Under the pieces are notes generated by a model. That model was not told the origin of the DNA. It worked only from the letters and a program-made list of their open reading frames with translations, and did no database searches. This document shows positions 51,988 through 58,578 of a DNA stretch of 64,000 bases, piece after piece (the stretch's first letter is position 1; every line of letters begins with the position of its first letter). A program made the position numbers and the translations under genes. This DNA is from Clostridia bacterium. GTDB lineage: Bacteria > Bacillota > Clostridia > Oscillospirales > RGIG577. Location of the stretch: positions 6,073 through 70,072 of the forward strand of contig JAFWDJ010000024.1 of assembly GCA_017513095.1 (NCBI GenBank), given 5' to 3'.

Positions 51988-52815
51988 TCACACCCCCGCG
52001 AGCCAATCGAAAATCATCTCGAAATCATTTTCCGAAATTATAGGGATGTTAAGCTCCAAGGCTTCTTTTATTTCCGCAGTAGTAGATTTCGGATCGTTGG
52101 TTATTAAATAGTCAACATTTCTCGAAATCGTACTAACGACAGTACCGCCGAACGCATCGATAAAATCTTCTGCATCTTCTCTATAAACGCAATTTTCAGC
52201 AATAAAAAATCTTTTGCCTTTAAATGCATGTATATCTAAGCCGCTTGTCTCACTGAAAACGCTTCCGCTGCGCATATGCAAACAAATGCTTTCCCATTCT
52301 TCTTCCGCACTTCCATCGAATTTTTCATATACGTGCGGTTTGACTTCTTTGGTCAAGAGTTTTACCGTGCCGCCATAACGCACGAATTCTCCCCATGCTT
52401 TGTGTGTTTGGGTAATGGTAATGAACGAAATGTCTGATGTGTTGAAAAAAGAAGATCTTAAGGCGCTTTCAAAATCATCAAGGTCTTTAGTCATTTTTTT
52501 CAAAAAATCATCATCATATTTTTGGCTTAGTTTTTTTAAGCTTTCATTAGGACATTCTTCGTCGCTTTCCGGGTCAGTGTAATCTAAAAGCGTAACAGAA
52601 TCAGTCAGTGCTTTTGCCAAATCGGAAACAGAATCGATGCCGGTCAAAGCTTTCAGATTTGCCACATTAAAGCTTGCTTCACCGCCGCCATATGTATAGG
52701 TATCTGTAGGATCGATCTCGACCCACACTTTTTTATCATTTGGACCCATAACTTCGATTACGACGGAAAAACTGCTGCTTGAGCTGTTTGTCACAAAATC
52801 AGTTCTGAATTTCAT
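51988..52815 (-). CDS. FVTNSSS-motif protein, paralog 2, fused to a C-terminal BRCT domain
   Basis: 275 aa. N-terminus MKFRTDFVTNSSSSSFSVVIEV. C-terminus FKGKRFFIAE...GGTVVSTISRNVDYLITND...NIPIISENDF aligns with the LigA BRCT in this window. Confidence 0.8.
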   Translation of the reverse strand: MKFRTDFVTNSSSSSFSVVIEVMGPNDKKVWVEIDPTDTYTYGGGEASFNVANLKALTGIDSVSDLAKALTDSVTLLDYTDPESDEECPNESLKKLSQKYDDDFLKKMTKDLDDFESALRSSFFNTSDISFITITQTHKAWGEFVRYGGTVKLLTKEVKPHVYEKFDGSAEEEWESICLHMRSGSVFSETSGLDIHAFKGKRFFIAENCVYREDAEDFIDAFGGTVVSTISRNVDYLITNDPKSTTAEIKEALELNIPIISENDFEMIFDWLAGV

Positions 52816-52838
52816 GTTGAATCTTCCTTTCCGTTAAA

Positions 52839-53915
52839 TTATTTTGTTCTTTCTTCGCTGCCGCAGAAGACGATTTGTGGCATAAGCGGGCATCCGCCCA
52901 TGCATAAGGCTTTTTTTTCGCAGCCGGGGCAGGCCGCGCGCATTTTATCGCGGAAACGCTCGAAGGGCTCGCTGTTCCACGCGTCTTCGATTGAAACTTC
53001 TTCGCCAAGCCGTACCTCATAGCGTTTATTCTGGTCGAAGGAGCACGGCACCATGACCATATCCGCGCCGATGTAGCAGCTGAAGCGCCCGCCCTCGCAC
53101 GTATCGAGAGACTCGGGCATGATGCGTTTGCAGAAGTTCAGCGCGCCGGGCACGTTGCAGGAGTCCATGCCCACCTTGAATGAATGGTGCTTGTCTACCT
53201 GAGAAAAGAACTTGGCCACGCGGGGATCGTTAACGTCCAGCACGTTTGACTGTGACCCCTGTCCCGCCGGCTTGTGCAGAAGAAAGATCACCGCGTTGAT
53301 TCCCTGAGGAAAGTCGTCTCGCTCGAGCCTGTCGATGGCCTCGTCGATGCTGTTCCGGCCGAGTACGTAGTGGATATTTGTCTTCACGCCCGCACAAAGC
53401 AGCATCCGAACGGCGTTTAGTGTATACTCGCTTCGATACCAGCTTACAGCGACTGCGCCGCAATACTTTTTGCAGAGAGCGGCAATTTCCGGCGTCATGC
53501 CGTAGCCTGAGGTCGTGAAGTTTGGTACAAGGCAGTTTTCCCGGCTGATGCGCAGCAGGTCTTCAAAATGTTCGTGCTGATCGGGGTCGCCCCTGCCGCC
53601 CAGCGCAAGCTGGTTGCAGCGGCCGCGGCACTGCTTTGCAATCAGACGGAAGTTTTCAACCGTCATATTGGGCTGCTCCACCAAAAGACCGCTCTGATAG
53701 CACCCGATGCCGGCCTTTGCGCAGAGACCCGTTCTGCCGTGGATGCAGTGCCCCATAACACCGACGTCGATAAGATGCGGAAACGACGCCATAAACGGAT
53801 CGACTCCGGTGTCGCGCCCGTTTTCGTCAAGCACGCCCGTGCGTATATATGCGCCCGTGTCGGTGTCAAAGGCGGATTTAAAATGATATTTCTTGTCGTC
53901 GATTATGTATTTCAT
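52839..53915 (-). CDS. Radical SAM/SPASM-domain enzyme with non-canonical N-terminal Cys spacing
   Basis: 358 aa. CIHGRTGLCAKAGIGC (Cx7Cx6C) where CxxxCxxC is expected. GGE-like ALGGRGDP and TNG-like NFTTSGYG. SPASM Cys pattern CEGGRFSCYIGADMVMVPC...CPGCEKKALCMGGCP. Confidence 0.75.
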   Translation of the reverse strand: MKYIIDDKKYHFKSAFDTDTGAYIRTGVLDENGRDTGVDPFMASFPHLIDVGVMGHCIHGRTGLCAKAGIGCYQSGLLVEQPNMTVENFRLIAKQCRGRCNQLALGGRGDPDQHEHFEDLLRISRENCLVPNFTTSGYGMTPEIAALCKKYCGAVAVSWYRSEYTLNAVRMLLCAGVKTNIHYVLGRNSIDEAIDRLERDDFPQGINAVIFLLHKPAGQGSQSNVLDVNDPRVAKFFSQVDKHHSFKVGMDSCNVPGALNFCKRIMPESLDTCEGGRFSCYIGADMVMVPCSFDQNKRYEVRLGEEVSIEDAWNSEPFERFRDKMRAACPGCEKKALCMGGCPLMPQIVFCGSEERTK

Positions 53916-53971
53916 TTATTCAAATCTCCCTCGTTTTCTTTCCGATATATTCTCTGCCGCCCTTTTTTGTT

Positions 53972-55012
53972 TCATTCCTGAGTCGAATCAGACGGCGTCA
54001 GATACTGCGCGATAAACTCCTGCTCGCTGATAATAGGAATGCCGTCTGATTGTGCTTTACGTATCTTTGTTGTGCCTGAGTCCGGAAAATTGGTGATAAG
54101 AGCAGTCGTTTTGGAGGATACGCTTCCGCTCAGCTTTCCGCCGTTATGGAGAATTATCTCTTTTAACGCATCCCTGCTTGAAAAATTGAACAGATCGCCT
54201 GTGACGACAAAGGTCTTTCCCGAAAGTTTTTCAAATTCTCCTAAGAGCGCTGCATTAAGCCCTTGAAAGGAAAAAGATATCTTTCCCGAAAGCTTTTCAG
54301 ATTCTCCGGATGAAATGTTTACGGCCTTCTGTTTTTTCGGTTTTTCCGGCGGAACATAAAATACTTCGTTTTCGGGATAATGAATTTCGATAGTTTTGTA
54401 AGGAGCGGTCAGCCGTTTCTTCGGGTAAGGTTTGGAAGGCACGATTTCATCTGAGCACATTTGTTTTTTTCCGTCAAAAAGCACGTAGTCCTGCCTCTCC
54501 CACATGGGCTTTTCTTTAAACTCGTAAAGCTTCCCTTTGATTCTGAAGCTGTCCTCAGTCGGATCGTGAATAATACTCCATCTGTCACGAGCATAAAAAT
54601 CACACGTGTCAATGTAACGCATAACGGTAACAGAAGGATATCCGCTCTCAGAGTACGCAAGGTAGACAGTTCTGTTTTTCCAGTCTTCCGCGAAAAATAC
54701 CGCCTTCATATATGGATAATTTTCCAGCACATAAGGCACATGTGCGCTTTCGCATTCAAATTGAGCAATTCCATCGCATAACGTGTCTATTATCTTCCCG
54801 GGATTATCGTTATCGGGCCAGATTGTCCTGACCGCATCCAGTACGTCGAATTCCAATCCTCTGAAAACAGCCCCTGAGAAATAAGCAGTTTTCTCATATT
54901 GCTCTTTTGCGGCGGCGTCGGTAGAACCTGCTGTAAACGGGCACATCCTGCCTTCCGAAGTAAGCCTTTCAATAAATGCGTCTTTCTTTTCTTTTGCAGT
55001 ACTGTAATTCAT
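53972..55012 (-). CDS. Unknown N-terminal domain + C-terminal BRCT domain protein
   Basis: 346 aa. C-terminus LSGKTFVVTGDL...GGKLSGSVSSKTTALITN...GIPIISEQEF closely parallels the LigA BRCT (FTVVVTGTL...[18 protein letters not shown]...[10 protein letters not shown]). Confidence 0.8.
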   Translation of the reverse strand: MNYSTAKEKKDAFIERLTSEGRMCPFTAGSTDAAAKEQYEKTAYFSGAVFRGLEFDVLDAVRTIWPDNDNPGKIIDTLCDGIAQFECESAHVPYVLENYPYMKAVFFAEDWKNRTVYLAYSESGYPSVTVMRYIDTCDFYARDRWSIIHDPTEDSFRIKGKLYEFKEKPMWERQDYVLFDGKKQMCSDEIVPSKPYPKKRLTAPYKTIEIHYPENEVFYVPPEKPKKQKAVNISSGESEKLSGKISFSFQGLNAALLGEFEKLSGKTFVVTGDLFNFSSRDALKEIILHNGGKLSGSVSSKTTALITNFPDSGTTKIRKAQSDGIPIISEQEFIAQYLTPSDSTQE

Positions 55013-55026
55013 TATAATCCCCCCTG

Positions 55027-55698
55027 TTAAACCAAATCAAAATCTGATGTATCAAAGTATTCGCCGGTTCTCAGGTTCAGTCGTTTTATCTCTACGCCGC
55101 TTACGCGTCCCGGACCATATGAGCTGCACAGACGTTTTGCGAGCGTTTCCAAAGACCGACCGCCCCAATTATAACGACATACAGCCGCATTTCCGAATGA
55201 TTCTCCAATTGCGTCCGAAACTGTATTGATGTATGTTACCATTTCTGCTTCGGCACGCATTTTTTCTATTCCGGTCTGGGCTTTAAGATACTTTTGGGCC
55301 AGTTCAATGAGTATTATGTCGTTGTCTGCAATAATATCCGCCATCTCTCCCCATGCGTCGTAGCGTCGCTTCACCGTTATTTCGACAATATCCCGAACGC
55401 TGTTGAACTTAGTGCATGCTTCTCTTATAAATCTTTCCTTTTTACGGCGCAGCGGGTATGAGTCCGTGCTTTCCCAGTAATCATGAATTGAGCCTGCAAG
55501 CCATGTCGCCAGCTCGTTCACGGAAGAAAGGTGAGAATTGATGTTTTTCAAATCTCCGTTAAAAACCATTGTGGAGCCTCCGTCTGAGGTCTGCCTGTTC
55601 TCCGAAATGCTGACATATCGATTTGGCGAGCTGATCATAACCTCCACTGTAAAATTGCTTGAACTGGAATTTGTCACAAAGTCTGTGCGTATTTTCAT
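55027..55698 (-). CDS. FVTNSSS-motif protein, paralog 1 (unknown function)
   Basis: 223 aa. ATG after GGAGG. N-terminus MKIRTDFVTNSSSSNFTVEVMI. Shares an I-x-I-x(n)-WGE block with paralog 2. Confidence 0.75.
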   Translation of the reverse strand: MKIRTDFVTNSSSSNFTVEVMISSPNRYVSISENRQTSDGGSTMVFNGDLKNINSHLSSVNELATWLAGSIHDYWESTDSYPLRRKKERFIREACTKFNSVRDIVEITVKRRYDAWGEMADIIADNDIILIELAQKYLKAQTGIEKMRAEAEMVTYINTVSDAIGESFGNAAVCRYNWGGRSLETLAKRLCSSYGPGRVSGVEIKRLNLRTGEYFDTSDFDLV

Positions 55699-55748
55699 TA
55701 TACCTGCCTCCTTGCCTTTCTAAATATGCTGTAAAACCGTGTTTTCTC

Positions 55749-55853
55749 TTACGCTTTGTCCTGAACTTTTAATTCTGCGTGACAATTCACCGGGAAACCG
55801 CAGTTAGGGCAAACGCCGTTCTCCATAGGCGTACCGCAGCGCGGGCAATCCAT
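55749..55853 (-). CDS. Mini zinc-ribbon protein, copy 2 (34 aa, absent from the ORF track)
   Basis: MDCPRCGTPMENGVCPNCGFPVNCHAELKVQDKA. GGAGGA RBS. Lies 50 nt upstream of paralog 1. Confidence 0.65.
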   Translation of the reverse strand: MDCPRCGTPMENGVCPNCGFPVNCHAELKVQDKA

Positions 55854-55870
55854 AAGTATTCCTCCTTTTT
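55782..55870 (-). repeat. About 89-nt repeat, copy 2
   Basis: See 51547-51635. Confidence 0.8.
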
Positions 55871-55953
55871 GGTTAAAAATGCGGCAATTTAGCCTTAGTA
55901 TTTATTTTGTATCATCGTCCGTGAGCGCATCTTCTTCATAGAGGCCAAGGGAT

Positions 55954-57285
55954 TCAAAGCTTTTTCAGCATTTCTAACGCATTACGGTCGCCGCCCTCAG
56001 CGCCTCTCTTGATCCACGCCTTTGCAATAGTTTCATCTCTCTTAACACCGTCTCCGCGACCATACATAAGTCCCAGGTTTGTCTGGGCCTGCGGAAATCC
56101 CAGTTCTGCTCCCCGCCGGTACCACTGAACCGCCGCCGCTTTGTTGACTGCAACGCCGCGTCCTTTCTCATAGCACAAGCCTAGCATCCACATTGCTTTC
56201 GCACTGCCTCCTTCTGCAGCTTTTTTTGCCCATCGGATGCCGTCCTGATAGTCTATCGCGCTGTCTCCGTCGCTGATGCAAATGCCAAGAGATATATACG
56301 ATTCCGCAATATCCGTCTGCGCGTTTATATCCCCGCTCTCTGCAACGGTTTTCCGTTCGAGGATCGATCGGATTATTTCTGTTAAATTCAGCGCATCATT
56401 ATCTCCGGCTTCAGCCGCCCGGGATATATACTCTTCGGCTTTTGCCAGATTTCGCGGGACGCCGAGTCCCCTTTCGTACATCAGCCCTATGTTGAAAATG
56501 GCGTCTCTGTCATTACGTTCTGCTAGACGATCAAACCAGAGCTTTGCTTTCCTGTAGTCCTGTTTCAAACCATTTATCCTCTTGAAATAAGAGATCGCAA
56601 GATTTGTCATAGCATAGATGTTTCCATACGGAGCAAGGCGCATGGATTCTTCCAGCGTTGTCGGTCGATATTCCTCATTTTCCCGACCGTCAGTGCTTTC
56701 CGCAATTGTATTTGATAGTTCAATCGCAATATTCACCAATCCCTTTTCGATCAGATTGACGCCGAGTGCGGAGTAATACGCTTCGGAAATCGCATCTGAA
56801 TAAATAATCAGATGGTTATCCGAAGCAGGAAGCGCAGACAACGCTTTGATCGCCGCAGGCAGAAAATCCAGTTCCCGTTTCTTTCCCAGCTTCAAGGAGA
56901 GATCGCCCTCCCATGCGGGAGCCTGTCCTTTGGCACGGACAGTATGCAAGCTGCATCCATGTTCCGTAATCGCAAGAGCATAGAAGATACAAGCCAGCGT
57001 TTTTGAGATCTCCTCCTTCGATGGCATTGTTTCCCGCACATAGGCGCTCAAAGCAATAGGGATGCGATCGAGGGTATTGTAATCTAAAGCAAAGCATTGA
57101 TCCTGCCCAAGCGCCTGAATTTCCGATTGCAGAAAGAGGGACAGGTACCGTCCCATGATCGCCTCTCCCTGTACGGCAACAGGCTGTTTCGGTAGCTGCA
57201 ACCAATGCTCTTTGTGTAATTCGTATTGATTTAGTATTTTCTCTATCGCTTCGTTTGGGGTCAGAAGGGACATCCATTCTCTCAT
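55954..57285 (-). CDS. Sel1-repeat (SLR/TPR-like) protein
   Basis: 443 aa. The C-terminal half holds several Sel1 repeats (AIFNIGLMYERGLGVPRNLAKAEEYISRAAEAG; AMWMLGLCYEKGRGVAVNKAAAVQWYRRGAELG; AQTNLGLMYGRGDGVKRD...). Confidence 0.8.
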   Translation of the reverse strand: MREWMSLLTPNEAIEKILNQYELHKEHWLQLPKQPVAVQGEAIMGRYLSLFLQSEIQALGQDQCFALDYNTLDRIPIALSAYVRETMPSKEEISKTLACIFYALAITEHGCSLHTVRAKGQAPAWEGDLSLKLGKKRELDFLPAAIKALSALPASDNHLIIYSDAISEAYYSALGVNLIEKGLVNIAIELSNTIAESTDGRENEEYRPTTLEESMRLAPYGNIYAMTNLAISYFKRINGLKQDYRKAKLWFDRLAERNDRDAIFNIGLMYERGLGVPRNLAKAEEYISRAAEAGDNDALNLTEIIRSILERKTVAESGDINAQTDIAESYISLGICISDGDSAIDYQDGIRWAKKAAEGGSAKAMWMLGLCYEKGRGVAVNKAAAVQWYRRGAELGFPQAQTNLGLMYGRGDGVKRDETIAKAWIKRGAEGGDRNALEMLKKL

Positions 57286-57376
57286 AATCTTACACCTCGT
57301 TTTAAGTAATTAAGCGCGATTCTCATCTGCATTAAAATCCGTCTTTTAGGTATTTCTGCTTAACCGGATAATATAT

Positions 57377-58231
57377 CTACTCTGAAACCAGAGTATCAAA
57401 ATATTCATCCTCGAATTCTTCTCTGCTCTTTATCCCCAGTTCTTTTATACGCTCCACCGCATTTTTAAACGATTCTTCATCTATTTTTACCGGGAATATC
57501 TCGGTAAACTCACTTAAACTGAGCTCAAACAATTTTCTCTCTCCAAACAATTCTTCAATAGAATCGTAGTAATAATTTTCATAATCATCACTATCGAATT
57601 CAAATAGTTTTTTGAACTTTTCATAAGAAAGTATGTCTGCAACATAATCGAAATAGGCAGAATCGAAATAGTCACTATCGGGGTCTGCCCATATCGTTAC
57701 CACTAACGGAATCATCGGCAGTGGGCCCGAATATTTGGTGTATGAGGAGAATGATTTGGTTTTTGGATCGTAAAACCTTCCCCAAATCCCTTCACTATCA
57801 TCATCTTCTTCATTCTCTTGGAGGTCCTCTCCAAATGGCTTGTAGTCGAAGCTTAAGAATAACCGTCCGTCCTTAAGCTCCGCATCTAAAGATTGTTTTG
57901 AACCGGGATCAAATCCTGAAATTGATCCTCTAAAATAACAGGTGGGCGCTGTGTCAGCAATTCTTTGGAAAAGGTCACAATCATCCTCGAGAAGACCGTA
58001 CCAGACTCCATACGGACCGCTGAGACCTAAAGACATTTCTCCCGATTTCCAGCATGTGTCTACTTCCTTTTCAGGATCGCCTATCGTTACATCCAAATAC
58101 CAGCAGTCGTGTTTTTCTCTGTATTGCTTTTTCCGATCATTTGCGTAATGCCTAAGCACCTTCATAACCTCCAGACACTCTTCTTTTGTTCCCTTAACGG
58201 TAATCACCGTTGTAAAATCAGCTGCTCCCAT
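57377..58231 (-). CDS. Acidic hypothetical protein (first gene of the low-GC cluster)
   Basis: 284 aa. GGAGG RBS. Asp/Glu/Tyr/Phe-rich C-terminal half. About 40% GC in a spot count. No family recognised. Confidence 0.65.
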   Translation of the reverse strand: MGAADFTTVITVKGTKEECLEVMKVLRHYANDRKKQYREKHDCWYLDVTIGDPEKEVDTCWKSGEMSLGLSGPYGVWYGLLEDDCDLFQRIADTAPTCYFRGSISGFDPGSKQSLDAELKDGRLFLSFDYKPFGEDLQENEEDDDSEGIWGRFYDPKTKSFSSYTKYSGPLPMIPLVVTIWADPDSDYFDSAYFDYVADILSYEKFKKLFEFDSDDYENYYYDSIEELFGERKLFELSLSEFTEIFPVKIDEESFKNAVERIKELGIKSREEFEDEYFDTLVSE

Positions 58232-58496
58232 GTTAATACCTCCATCAGTTTATTCTGATTGATTTTTATCGCACCATTATTATACAAAATCGAGTTAGAC
58301 AGAACCTGTCCATGTGATATACATTTTCAAAAAATTTTAGCAATTATAAATATTTTTTCATGATTCCAATTAGCTGTATGCTCGTTTACGGCGGCTCTTA
58401 ATTCTGATGAGATAAATTGACGTGTTAAACCGTCGTTACAAATATCCGACTATAATTATACTCCAAATTCCGAAAAAACCAGATTTTTGACTTAAT

Positions 58497-58536
58497 ACAA
58501 AAAAGAAGTGCGGCCGATTGGCCGCACCCTTTTTGA
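58497..58536. terminator. Bidirectional terminator between the PolC-like gene and the low-GC cluster
   Basis: Stem gtgcggcc(58508-58515)/ggccgcac(58520-58527), with an A-run upstream and a T-run downstream. Confidence 0.6.
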
Positions 58537-58578
58537 GCGCATATTAACCTTAAAATAATTTGGTTTCGCCGCGGTTTC

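Noticed and set aside
51547-55870. Possibility that the two roughly 89-nt repeats belong to a CRISPR array or a mobile-element terminal repeat pair
   Set aside because: There are only two copies, 4.2 kb apart and in direct orientation. Each has an RBS, an ATG and a mostly synonymous substitution pattern, so they are duplicated coding starts. There are no spacer-repeat periodicity, transposase or cas genes.
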